From positions 502,572 to 566,571 of the forward strand of contig CAYVFE010000001.1 in assembly GCA_964450885.1 (NCBI GenBank): a stretch of DNA of 64,000 nt. The letters are read 5' to 3'. Origin of the DNA: an uncultured Gammaproteobacteria bacterium (GTDB taxonomy: Bacteria > Patescibacteriota > Microgenomatia > Levybacterales > GWA1-39-11). The first letter of the stretch is position 1, and every line of letters starts with the position of its first letter. The position numbers and the translations under genes were made by a program. The notes under the pieces were generated by a model. That model ran no database searches. It was not told the origin of the DNA and saw only the letters and a list, made by a program, of their open reading frames with translations. Positions 32,300-41,437 of this stretch are shown in pieces.

Positions 32300-34069
32300 T
32301 TAGCCCTGAATCCACTTCGTTAATTCTGTATATGAAAATGTATTTATAATGTCCTTTTTTTCGCACCAGCCACGCTTGGCGACGGAGACTCCATACTTCA
32401 TATTATCCATATGGGTTACCGCATGACTATCGGTATCTATAACGAATTTACATCCACTTTCTCTCGCTGAAAATACCAAATCATCACGGAGGTCAAGTCG
32501 GGTAGGCCAGGCATTAATTTCGAGTGCTTTATTCTTTTCTTTGATATATTTAAAAATTTTATCCCAGTCTGCATCATATCCGTTCCTTTGATTGATCAAC
32601 CTTCCCGTGGGGTGGGCAAATATTTTAGCTTTGGGGTGTGATAGCCCGGACAGTATTCTCTTTGTCATTTTTTCACGTTCGGTCTTGAACGAGCTATGAA
32701 TTGAGACGATTGCCATATCTAACAATTCAAGACATTTATCTGATAAGGCCAACTTTCCTGAGGTCAAAATATCAACTTCGAGTAAATTAACTATTCGTAT
32801 ATTTTTGTTACTCTTTTTTAGTTGTTCAATTTTATTATTCCTTTTAACGAGAATCTGATATATTTCATTCTCATCGTGGTTGCCGATGCTAGGATTGTGC
32901 TCAGAAAAACCGATATAATCATAATTTAACGATATAGCCTTGTCGATCATCGTCTGCATAGAGTCTTTCCCATAGTCGTGGCTGGAGTCCAGTGGATAGT
33001 CGGAGTGTATATGAAAGTCTCCTTTAATATCGTCTATTTCAACTAGCTTTGGCAATTTGTCTTTTAGAGCAGCTTCAATTTCCCCTCTATTCTCTCTTAT
33101 TTCAGGTTGTATCCATGGAAGACCTAGGAATTTATAAAACTCCTTTTCGTCACTGAATTTTTTAAGTTTCCCATTCTTTAATTTGATACCTTTTTCTGAC
33201 AGTGAATAGCCTTTTTTAATCGCGTATTCCCGAAGTTTTACGTTGTGTTCCTTGCTTCCTGTAAAGTGCTGTAATAGTGAGCCTATCTGCTCTGGACTTA
33301 GGACCATAAGATCTACCTGCTTATTCCCAGACAATACGATCGATGCTGTTATTTCTCCTTTTTCTATAATTCTATCTTTATGTGGGTAATTTACGAAATG
33401 TTCCAGAACTTTTGAGGGATTTTTGGAAGTTATTGCTATATCAACGTCTCCAATGGTTGGTTTTTTTCTTCTGAGGCTGCCAAGAGGATATGCTTCAATA
33501 GTCTCCTTCTCTTTTTTGAGGTATTCCAAGATATCATCGGCTATGTCTTGGGCCAGGGGGAGAACCATTCTGGCTGATTTTGTTTTTCCGACCCGATATT
33601 CCTCAATGGCTGTTATTATGTCTGCTTGAGATTTCTCTCCAAAACCATCAAGGGGTGATATCTTATTTTCTTTTGCGAGCTTATAGATTTTGTCGATCAC
33701 ATCTTTCGGGTCTTTGAGCCCAAAAGCATCGACGATTCTGAAAGCTTTTTTCGGGCCAAAAGATGGCACATCCAAAAGCGGGAAAATAGCCGGAGATAGC
33801 GCGCCTAGTATTTCATCGAAATGCTTTACTTTACCTTTCTCAAAAAGTTCTAATAAATGCGCTCTTATGCTTGGTCCAACACCTGGGAGTCTGTCTAGTT
33901 GGTCTTGAGAAAGCAGATCTTTTACTTCCTTGCTCGAGCTTTCTATCGTGTCTGCTGCCTTTTTGTACGCTAATATCTGAAATCTATATTTACCCTCATT
34001 TTTTATAGTGTAAGCGCCTGCGACGTTATTTAAAAGTCTGGCAATTTCTAAGTTAGAAAAAGACTTCAT
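32300..34069 (-). CDS. polX: DNA polymerase X with C-terminal PHP domain
   Basis: GSLRR..TIGDVD, HFTGSKEHN, GDFHIHS, AHPTGR, DTDSH; ATG 34069 chosen because the longer ORF overlaps tRNA-Asp and TATCAT lies 7 nt upstream. Confidence 0.93.
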   Translation of the reverse strand: MKSFSNLEIARLLNNVAGAYTIKNEGKYRFQILAYKKAADTIESSSKEVKDLLSQDQLDRLPGVGPSIRAHLLELFEKGKVKHFDEILGALSPAIFPLLDVPSFGPKKAFRIVDAFGLKDPKDVIDKIYKLAKENKISPLDGFGEKSQADIITAIEEYRVGKTKSARMVLPLAQDIADDILEYLKKEKETIEAYPLGSLRRKKPTIGDVDIAITSKNPSKVLEHFVNYPHKDRIIEKGEITASIVLSGNKQVDLMVLSPEQIGSLLQHFTGSKEHNVKLREYAIKKGYSLSEKGIKLKNGKLKKFSDEKEFYKFLGLPWIQPEIRENRGEIEAALKDKLPKLVEIDDIKGDFHIHSDYPLDSSHDYGKDSMQTMIDKAISLNYDYIGFSEHNPSIGNHDENEIYQILVKRNNKIEQLKKSNKNIRIVNLLEVDILTSGKLALSDKCLELLDMAIVSIHSSFKTEREKMTKRILSGLSHPKAKIFAHPTGRLINQRNGYDADWDKIFKYIKEKNKALEINAWPTRLDLRDDLVFSARESGCKFVIDTDSHAVTHMDNMKYGVSVAKRGWCEKKDIINTFSYTELTKWIQG

Positions 34070-34100
34070 AATTGATATGATATCACACGCACAAATCTCA

Positions 34101-34129
34101 TTGACGGTAAACTTAATTTCTGGTAGTAT
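34101..34129 (+). promoter_or_regulatory. Sigma70-type promoter of tRNA-Asp
   Basis: TTGACG (34101-34106), 17 nt, TAGTAT (34124-34129). Confidence 0.65.
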
Positions 34130-34141
34130 TATGAGCATTGT

Positions 34142-34215
34142 GGGGTGGTAGCTCAGTTGGCTAGAGCGCTTCCCTGTCACGGAAGAGGTCGCGGGTCCGA
34201 GTCCCGTCCATCCCG
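34142..34215 (+). tRNA. tRNA-Asp (GTC), CCA not encoded
   Basis: Cloverleaf: GGGGTGG/CCATCCC acceptor, GCTC/GAGC D stem, CTTCC-CTGTCAC-GGAAG anticodon arm, GCGGG-TCCGAGT-CCCGT T arm. Confidence 0.95.
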
Positions 34216-34368
34216 CATAAAATTTGATAGACCTTTTAATGCAAGTTGTTTTTGCAATTTGTATAAAAAACGAGTATATATACAACAGTTAAGTTTTACT
34301 TGACACTCAATCTTGCCCTGAATTTAAAAGCTTCTGCCCAGAAAGGAGGCGAAAAACTTCTTAATAAA

Positions 34369-35004
34369 ATGGCAAAAAAAACAACAAAAAACAATTTCGA
34401 TATTAAACAGCTTATAGATAACTCAGGTTCTTATAAGAATCTTATTTACGGAGCAGTAACAGTTTTGATTCTTGCTGTAATCGTGTTTTTAGGAATAAGG
34501 ACACTTTCTCAAAATCAAGGAGATATCAATGATGATGCTGTAACTGTAAGTGAGGATCAGAACGCAGTCGAATATGATGTAGCAGAGGGAGAGACCTTGT
34601 GGAGTATTTCTGAAAAAGTTTATGGAACTGGATTCAACTGGCAGGTAATTGCTGATGCGAATAATCTTGAGGACGGAAACAATCTTGAGGCAGGAACAAA
34701 GCTAACGATTCCAAATCTAACACCAACAGCTGCTGAGGATGAAGAGTCCGAGCAAGCGATGGAAACAGAAGAAAACGTGGCGGAAGCAACTGTTACTCCA
34801 GCACCAACAAGTGCTGAAACGGATACCCAGGATCCTAAGGCATCAAATGCTACCGAATATACGGTTAAACACGGTGATAATCTTTGGAAGATTGCTGTAG
34901 CTGAATATGGAGATGGTTACAAGTGGACAGAAATTGCTAAAGCAAATAAGCTCGCAAATCCTAATTTGATCCACTCTGGCAACAAGTTGACTCTACCTAG
35001 ATAG
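34369..35004 (+). CDS. Membrane-anchored protein with two LysM domains
   Basis: One TM, YDVAEGETLWSISEKVYG and YTVKHGDNLWKIAVAEYG repeats joined by an acidic Thr/Pro linker. Confidence 0.9.
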   Translation: MAKKTTKNNFDIKQLIDNSGSYKNLIYGAVTVLILAVIVFLGIRTLSQNQGDINDDAVTVSEDQNAVEYDVAEGETLWSISEKVYGTGFNWQVIADANNLEDGNNLEAGTKLTIPNLTPTAAEDEESEQAMETEENVAEATVTPAPTSAETDTQDPKASNATEYTVKHGDNLWKIAVAEYGDGYKWTEIAKANKLANPNLIHSGNKLTLPR

Positions 35005-35124
35005 GTCCTGTCCTTAATAAGTGCTTTAGTTGGTGATCTGATTCGAATATAATAATAAAAGAATCGATCGAAAAAGGCTTTGCGAGGATAGACCATCTAG
35101 ATAGATAAGACTCCTCGTAATATT

Positions 35125-35196
35125 GCGAGGGTAGTTCAGCGGTAGAATGTCTCCTTCCCAAGGAGAAGGTCGCGGGTTCAATTCCCGTCCCTCGCT
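35125..35196 (+). tRNA. tRNA-Gly (CCC), CCA not encoded
   Basis: GCGAGGG/CCCTCGC acceptor, TCTCC-TTCCCAA-GGAGA anticodon arm, GCGGG-TTCAATT-CCCGT T arm. Confidence 0.95.
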
Positions 35197-35232
35197 CACA
35201 TATTTCCGAACTTGTCGGATTCATATGTCAGG

Positions 35233-35718
35233 ATGGACAGCAAAACACAAAAATTACTAACCGATGGATTGATTGCAGGTTATGCAGGTCAAAGCGAATT
35301 GTCTGATGTCATAAGAAGCACGTTCGTAGGAAAGCAGAGCGATTTTTCGGTCGGGGATGGAATATATCATGATGAGTGGTTTGCCCATGAGATTGGCGGT
35401 GGTCAGGAACTTGTCGACGCGGGAGGAAGCAAATTTACGAGATTGTATGCCGGCGGATCACTGGAAGCAAAGAGTGTTAAATCTTTAGGGATAGCGCAGC
35501 AAGATATTTCGGATTTCTTAAAAAAGCAGCTGATTGATTTAGGAGGAAAAACCCGCTTACTTGACGACTGTCTGCCAGCGCCAGTTGGAGATTGGCAATA
35601 TTTTTATAGGATTTTAGAGAGACATTCGTCTATTCCGATTACGACAGGCCGTGAATCGATTACATATAAAGGGACGGAGGTCCATATTCATCAATTCATG
35701 ATTTGTTGCATCAAATAA
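35233..35718 (+). CDS. Hypothetical protein, DUF5680-like
   Basis: YHDEW..GGGQELV, YAGG, FLKKQL, GRESITYKG..VH pattern recalled for DUF5680; not searched. Confidence 0.55.
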   Translation: MDSKTQKLLTDGLIAGYAGQSELSDVIRSTFVGKQSDFSVGDGIYHDEWFAHEIGGGQELVDAGGSKFTRLYAGGSLEAKSVKSLGIAQQDISDFLKKQLIDLGGKTRLLDDCLPAPVGDWQYFYRILERHSSIPITTGRESITYKGTEVHIHQFMICCIK

Positions 35719-35759
35719 TTCATTATTGACAGTGTTTTTTGGATTTGATATATTAAACC

Positions 35760-37418
35760 GTGCCGAAAAAGAATAGTACAAAATATATATTCGTTTCAGG
35801 CGGAGTTATCTCAGGAATAGGAAAGGGGATAACAGTAGCCTCGACGGCACTTCTTCTCAAAAATTCAGGTTTTAAAGTAGCCCCTATAAAATTCGAAAAC
35901 TATCTAAATCTTGACGCAGGAACCATAAACCCTATAGAGCACGGTGATCCATTTCTTTGCGAAGACGGAACAGAAGGAGACATGGATATAGGGACTTATG
36001 AGAAATATCTTGATGAGGACATGGGCAAGCTCAACTTCGTCACTATGGGTAAGATTTACCATACGGTCCTTATGCGCGAGCGTGAATTTGGCTATAATGG
36101 TGAAGATGTAGAGGCAATTCCTCATGTAACAGATGAAATCATAAGAAGAATTGATGCCGTAGCAAACGACAAAAAGGCAGATATAGTAATAATAGAACTG
36201 GGAGGTACAGCGGGAGAATATCAGAATGCGCTGTATTATGAAGCTTCAAGAATCCTTACACTGAGAAAGCCGGATGATGTAGCGCACATTCATGTAAGTT
36301 ATGTGCCTGTTCCTTCTCATCTAGGTGAACCCAAGACTAAGCCAACGCAACTTTCTGTGAGAACCCTTAATTCGATGGGCATTCAACCGGATTTTATAGT
36401 TGCAAGGTCCGAAATCGATCTGGACGAAAGACGACGTGAACGATTCGCGCTTTTTTGTAATATGCACAAAGAAAATGTCATATCAAGTCCCGATGTTGAA
36501 AGCGTTTATGAGATTCCTTTAGTCCTAGATAGACAGAATTTTGCACAAAAAATCCAAAAAAGACTGAAGCTTCCCATCAAGGATCCTAACCTTTCAGAGT
36601 GGAGGAGTGTGGTAGACAAGGTAAAAGCTAAAAAAAGAAAAGATGTGACGATCGCAATCGTGGGTAAATACTTTTCGACTGGTGACTATCACATCAGGGA
36701 TTCATATGCAGCGCTTTTGGATGCGATAGACCATGCATCGTGGAGCGTCGGAGTGAAGGTAAAAACGGTTTGGATTGACTCTGAGAAAGTTGAGAAAAAT
36801 GGCGAAAGTATCATCGGAAACCCTGACGGAATAATTGTTCCGATAGGTTGGGGGAATAGAGGATCTGAGGGTATGATAACCGCGGCGTCCTATGCTAGGC
36901 GCAAAAAAATCCCCTATTTGGGACTTTGTTATGGTATGCAGCTTGCATGTGTTGCCTATGCCAGGGATATGCTGGGACTTAAGGATGCGAATACAGCCGA
37001 AAATGATGGTAAAACTAAGAACGCAGTTATTCATCTGATGCCAGCTCAAGAGGAAATTATGAAAAACCGTGCTTATGGAGGCACGATGCGTTTGGGAGGA
37101 TGGGAGGCAATAGTTAAGAAAGATACCATTGCTTTTAAGGCGTATGAAAAATATGGAGAGATTGATAAAAAAACAGGTTTGACCTCAGAGCGTCACAGAC
37201 ACAGATATGAATTCAACGACGAGTATGCGAAGGATTTTGAAAGAACTGGATTTGTTATAAGCGCTAGGTCTGTTGTAGAGAATCTGACCGAAATAATCGA
37301 GCTTCCTAAAAAAGATCACCCTTTTTATCTGGGAACGCAGGGTCATCCTGAATATAAAAGCAGGCCAAACAGACCGCACCCATTGTTCATAGAGCTACTA
37401 AAAGCATCTTCGAAGTGA
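35760..37418 (+). CDS. pyrG: CTP synthase
   Basis: SGGVISGIGKG, KTKPTQ, GLCYGMQ, GGTMRLG, ERHRHRYE, GHPE. Confidence 0.97.
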   Translation: MPKKNSTKYIFVSGGVISGIGKGITVASTALLLKNSGFKVAPIKFENYLNLDAGTINPIEHGDPFLCEDGTEGDMDIGTYEKYLDEDMGKLNFVTMGKIYHTVLMREREFGYNGEDVEAIPHVTDEIIRRIDAVANDKKADIVIIELGGTAGEYQNALYYEASRILTLRKPDDVAHIHVSYVPVPSHLGEPKTKPTQLSVRTLNSMGIQPDFIVARSEIDLDERRRERFALFCNMHKENVISSPDVESVYEIPLVLDRQNFAQKIQKRLKLPIKDPNLSEWRSVVDKVKAKKRKDVTIAIVGKYFSTGDYHIRDSYAALLDAIDHASWSVGVKVKTVWIDSEKVEKNGESIIGNPDGIIVPIGWGNRGSEGMITAASYARRKKIPYLGLCYGMQLACVAYARDMLGLKDANTAENDGKTKNAVIHLMPAQEEIMKNRAYGGTMRLGGWEAIVKKDTIAFKAYEKYGEIDKKTGLTSERHRHRYEFNDEYAKDFERTGFVISARSVVENLTEIIELPKKDHPFYLGTQGHPEYKSRPNRPHPLFIELLKASSK

Positions 37419-37460
37419 ACTTCTGGAAATCTGAACTAGAATATTGTATAATTCAAACTT

Positions 37461-37706
37461 ATGGAAACCAAAGATATAAGGCGAAAAAATATAGTCAAAG
37501 TTTCACAAAAAATCAATGACGGAAAGCGCGAACGCGTAATATCTTTTACTGGTGAGGTTATAAAGTCAAGAGGGATCAGCGATAACAAGATGATAACTGT
37601 AAGACAGAATTTAGATGGTGTTGAAGTCGACAGGATATTGCCGGTCGTGCACCCATCCATAGTTGATATTGAGATTTTACAAAAAGCCGCAAAAAAGAAA
37701 AAATAA
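37461..37706 (+). CDS. rplS: Ribosomal protein bL19-like, short and divergent
   Basis: VKV..KI.DGKRERV..F.G.VI..RG, ITVR...GVEVDRI.P...P.I match the L19 core; RRAKLYYLR tail absent. Confidence 0.7.
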   Translation: METKDIRRKNIVKVSQKINDGKRERVISFTGEVIKSRGISDNKMITVRQNLDGVEVDRILPVVHPSIVDIEILQKAAKKKK

Positions 37707-37741
37707 TAGATTTATTCTTCTTCCTTTAGTATTCTAATAGT

Positions 37742-38089
37742 GTGCGTCAAAAAGGTATAGATGGTGAGTTAATTGCCTCTGATTTCTTAAAAAAATTGGG
37801 TTATAAAATTATCACAAAAAATTTTCATTCAAGATTTGGTGAGGTCGATATAATAGCGAGCCGTGGTAGGACAATAGTTTTTGTTGAAGTAAAACTTCGC
37901 TACAATAATTCATTTGGTACGCCTTTGGAATCAATTACTCGCTCAAAACTGGAGAAGATTAAAAAAACCGCCCTTTTCTATCTGACGTTAAACAATAAAG
38001 CAGACTCTGACTTTAGGTTTGATGCAGTGGAGATCTTATATCAGGATGGGAGACGCAAGATTAATCACGTCGAGAATATTACGCTTTGA
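37742..38089 (+). CDS. yraN: YraN family PD-(D/E)XK endonuclease-like protein
   Basis: G..GE..A..FL, GEVDIIA, VFVEVK, RFDAV. Confidence 0.92.
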   Translation: MRQKGIDGELIASDFLKKLGYKIITKNFHSRFGEVDIIASRGRTIVFVEVKLRYNNSFGTPLESITRSKLEKIKKTALFYLTLNNKADSDFRFDAVEILYQDGRRKINHVENITL

Positions 38090-38090
38090 A

Positions 38091-39389
38091 TTATTCCTCC
38101 AGCATCTCTTCATATTCTGAATCGTAGATAGGTTTTATGAGAAATCCCTTCATATCTTTGTAACCAATTAGTATAGGAAATGCTAAATGTGAACGATCAG
38201 CAACCGTTGCTGTGACTGTCATTTTTTTGTCTCCGATCTCGATAGTGACGTTTGCAGTGGGTCTATATCCGGATCCGCTAGCCGAGGACACGAAAACGGA
38301 TTCACCAGTAAGCGGGATATTGAGTTTTTCCAGAAGGGTCCTGTCTATGGAGGAGCGTTTTGCGCCAGTATCCATTTTTGCTTTAGTTTTGTGCAGCTCT
38401 CCATGTGCATGAATTGTTACATCCTGATTTATGGAGAGCACTGTAGGCGATATCTTGATCTTCTCGGAAAAATCTGATGCAAATAGATTTTTGCCTATTT
38501 CAACACCTCTATCGGGATTGCCGACGACCATATCCTCAACGCGTTCTAGCCTGCTTCTCAGTGAGGATCTATTTGCATTTTGGATAGAGAGCCCAGGTCG
38601 CGCGTTTACCTCTAGGATGAGAGGACCCCTGTCCCTATCCAATGCTATATCTATGCCTGCATAACCCAGATTTACTGCAAATTGCGTATTTGAGGCTATT
38701 TTTAACATTTCATCCCAGAAGGGGAGTTTGATTCCCCTGGTTTTTATTTTTGTATCAGGGATGAAGTCCACGTGCTGATCATAGAGGACTGCGCCAGTCG
38801 TTATCCCTGTTCTTATATCGATTCCAAATCCTAACGCTCCTTGGTGCAGGTTGGCTTTTCCATTGGATAGCGAGGTGGGTAGTCTAAGCATGGCCATTAT
38901 GGGGACTGCGTTAAAAGATATAACTCTTATATCAGGAATTCCTCTATCACGGTACTTCTTGAAGAAAGGATGGAGGATTATGCGTTCCTCTATGAAAGCT
39001 ACATCAGGTAGGAATTTTAGCGAATATGCTCCTTCAAATATGTCTAGGACATGCGATTCCAACTGCGGGATGGAATACGAAAGATTTTCGTTGATATATG
39101 CGCTCTCATTTTCAAATTTTCTTACTGGTAGTATTCCAAGTCCTCCATATCCACGGGCCGGCTTTATAACAAAGCCTTTTTTTGGCAGCGATGACCAATC
39201 AAAAGAGATCAGTGCCTCTCTGCTATAAAATGCTTGGATTAGATTTGGTGTAGGTATTCCATTTTCTGCAAGGATTCTTTTTGTCTCCAGTTTGTCATCA
39301 GCGATTTTTTTTGAATCACTGGAATTATATTTGTTGATAAACAGGAAATTTCGGGCATTCATGCCCAGTATGTTTCTACTTACCGGCAT
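38091..39389 (-). CDS. Alpha-L-glutamate-ligase-like ATP-grasp protein fused to a C-terminal retropepsin-like (RimB-like) aspartyl peptidase
   Basis: ILGMNARN, DDKLETK, FVIKP..GYGG, PDIRV, AMLRLPT, KANLHQGA, LEVNARPGL; then AKMDTGA, RP, DRS..FPILIG. Confidence 0.88.
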   Translation of the reverse strand: MPVSRNILGMNARNFLFINKYNSSDSKKIADDKLETKRILAENGIPTPNLIQAFYSREALISFDWSSLPKKGFVIKPARGYGGLGILPVRKFENESAYINENLSYSIPQLESHVLDIFEGAYSLKFLPDVAFIEERIILHPFFKKYRDRGIPDIRVISFNAVPIMAMLRLPTSLSNGKANLHQGALGFGIDIRTGITTGAVLYDQHVDFIPDTKIKTRGIKLPFWDEMLKIASNTQFAVNLGYAGIDIALDRDRGPLILEVNARPGLSIQNANRSSLRSRLERVEDMVVGNPDRGVEIGKNLFASDFSEKIKISPTVLSINQDVTIHAHGELHKTKAKMDTGAKRSSIDRTLLEKLNIPLTGESVFVSSASGSGYRPTANVTIEIGDKKMTVTATVADRSHLAFPILIGYKDMKGFLIKPIYDSEYEEMLEE

Positions 39390-40326
39390 GTCGGGAAATG
39401 GTATTGAATCTAAAGTACTCTAAGATTCTAAGTCCGAAGTATCTTCCTATAAGGATATTTATAGGAATCAGTAAGAAGATAAGTTCGGGATATAAAAGGA
39501 AAGTGTCTCTGATAGTCTGGGCCGAAAGAACCACAAATCCTACCACTCCCAATGCAAAGGTTACAAGAGTAATTACAAGCATTTCCTGAAAGCTTCTTTC
39601 AAGTTGTACGGAAATTATTTGTTCGCTCAAAAGTATCAAGAGAAGTACGGGAAATATAGATAGCTGTCTTACAACGAGAATTCCCGCCATCGCACTGATG
39701 GTTATGACTGAGAAAATAATGATAGAGACTATAAACATAGATAAAGCCATTTTAGGAAGCTGCATGATCCTGACTTTTCTCAGAATCAATCTAGCGAATG
39801 TCGAACCCAATATGATCGATGCCAAAAGTATAAGTCCCGCAGTAATTCCTGTAGAAAGAAGCGTAATAGACAGCGCTATCGGCACAAGAAGCCCAATACT
39901 GGGGAGACCGACAACATGCCGTATAAATGCAATAATCGTCGCAAGCATAGGAAGCAGGAGTATTAATATTATTGTTCTCGAAGGAACTCCGGCACGAACA
40001 GATTCCTGAACAGAGTATGCGGCAAAATTGAAAGGAGTCAGCGTTTTGGCCGGTCTCTTTTCGAACAGCACAAGAACCTCATCTCTTGAGGCTGGTTCTT
40101 CGGGACGAGTGACGTCTTCTTCGGCGATTTTCTTAAGTGCTTCAACCTCTTCGGCTGATGGAGATGAGCTTGCCGAATCCGTTGCAAGCTCATCTTCGAG
40201 CTCCTCATCAGCGGTGTTTGCAGGAATTAGTCTTATCTGGGCATTAGAATAGTTTGCCAGTGACAAGAATAGGAAAAATGCTGAAAAAAGTATAAGTAAT
40301 TTTGTAGTTAGAGCAAGTTTTAACAT
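39376..40326 (-). CDS. 7TM domain protein (7TM_transglut-like) with signal peptide and acidic N-terminal region
   Basis: LLLPMLATIIAFIRHVVGLPSIG, SIFPVLLL...E, YPEL, IGRYFGLRILEYFRF; overlaps the ATP-grasp gene by 14 nt. Confidence 0.8.
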   Translation of the reverse strand: MLKLALTTKLLILFSAFFLFLSLANYSNAQIRLIPANTADEELEDELATDSASSSPSAEEVEALKKIAEEDVTRPEEPASRDEVLVLFEKRPAKTLTPFNFAAYSVQESVRAGVPSRTIILILLLPMLATIIAFIRHVVGLPSIGLLVPIALSITLLSTGITAGLILLASIILGSTFARLILRKVRIMQLPKMALSMFIVSIIIFSVITISAMAGILVVRQLSIFPVLLLILLSEQIISVQLERSFQEMLVITLVTFALGVVGFVVLSAQTIRDTFLLYPELIFLLIPINILIGRYFGLRILEYFRFNTISRHAGK

Positions 40327-40355
40327 ATTCAACAATTATAGTATATTATATCATC

Positions 40356-40841
40356 ATGAACATACTTGGAATAGACCCAGGGCTCGGAAGGACAGGGTGG
40401 GCGATAGTAGAGGAGCTCAATGGAAAGTGTATACTTATCGACTACGGTTGCATAGAAACTGAAAAAAATACAAAAGAGGCTGGGAGGATAAAAACGATTT
40501 ATTCCGAGATAAAAAAAATCATAGATAAACATAATCCGGAGATTTTGTCTGTAGAAAAACTTTTCTTTAATAAGAATGTAACAACAGCGCTAAGCGTAGG
40601 CCAGGCTCGTGGTGTTGTGGTTCTGGCAGCAGTGAATAAAGGACTTATAATCGAGGAATATACGCCTTTGCAGGTAAAGATTGCAGTTACCGGGTATGGA
40701 AGGGCAGATAAAAATCAGGTTGGAGAGATGGTAAAGAGCAGTTTTGGACTCAAATCTATCCCCAAGCCGGATGATGCTGCTGATGCAATAGCGATAGCGC
40801 TAACACATGCTGTATCTTACAAAATTAGGAATTTGGCATAA
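40356..40841 (+). CDS. ruvC: Holliday junction resolvase RuvC
   Basis: ILGIDPG, VEKLFF, QARGVV, YTPLQVK, DDAADA. Confidence 0.97.
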   Translation: MNILGIDPGLGRTGWAIVEELNGKCILIDYGCIETEKNTKEAGRIKTIYSEIKKIIDKHNPEILSVEKLFFNKNVTTALSVGQARGVVVLAAVNKGLIIEEYTPLQVKIAVTGYGRADKNQVGEMVKSSFGLKSIPKPDDAADAIAIALTHAVSYKIRNLA

Positions 40842-40863
40842 GTTAGGGTAGTATAATAGGGTT

Positions 40864-41436
40864 ATGATAGGGTATCTTTCTGGTGAGATTTTTGAAATAT
40901 TTGAGAATAGTGTCATACTTCTGGTGAATGGGGTGGGATACAAGGTATTTCCAACGGGTAGATTTCTTGAAAAAACCAAGCAGAAAGAGGCTTCGTCTTT
41001 ATATATAACCAGTGTTATAAAAGAGGATGTTTTTGACCTATATGGATTCGAGACTCTCGAGGAGAAAAATCTATTTGAGCTTATTATAAATATTTCCGGT
41101 ATTGGTCCAAAAACAGCACTGGGAATTCTCTCAAAATCAAAAATTGATGAAATCATGAGTGCTATATCCGCAGGAGATGCGTCATTTTTTACAGGTATTC
41201 CTCGACTAGGAAAGAAAAATGCACAAAAATTGATTATCGAATTGAGAAGCAAAGTAGGTAATGTGACACCTTTGTCTTTTGTGGAGAATCAGGAGAGGAC
41301 AGAGCTTTTGGATGCGCTCAGGAGTTTTGGTTATCAGGAAAAAGAAATTTTACCTATAATGTCCCAGGTAGACAAGAACGGGGGCAGGCTGGAGGAGAAG
41401 ATTGCTTTTGCTCTCAAACATCTTGGAAGAAAATAA
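40864..41436 (+). CDS. ruvA: Holliday junction branch migration protein RuvA
   Basis: [32 protein letters not shown]. Confidence 0.96.
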   Translation: MIGYLSGEIFEIFENSVILLVNGVGYKVFPTGRFLEKTKQKEASSLYITSVIKEDVFDLYGFETLEEKNLFELIINISGIGPKTALGILSKSKIDEIMSAISAGDASFFTGIPRLGKKNAQKLIIELRSKVGNVTPLSFVENQERTELLDALRSFGYQEKEILPIMSQVDKNGGRLEEKIAFALKHLGRK

Positions 41437-41437
41437 A

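Noticed and set aside
34070-34285. N-terminal 72-aa extension of the polX ORF in the track
   Set aside because: It is the antisense of tRNA-Asp and its promoter; PolX similarity starts at MKSFSN (34069)
34997-35224. 75-aa minus-strand ORF
   Set aside because: Antisense reading of tRNA-Gly (RGTGIEPATFSLGRRHSTAELP is the typical tRNA shadow)
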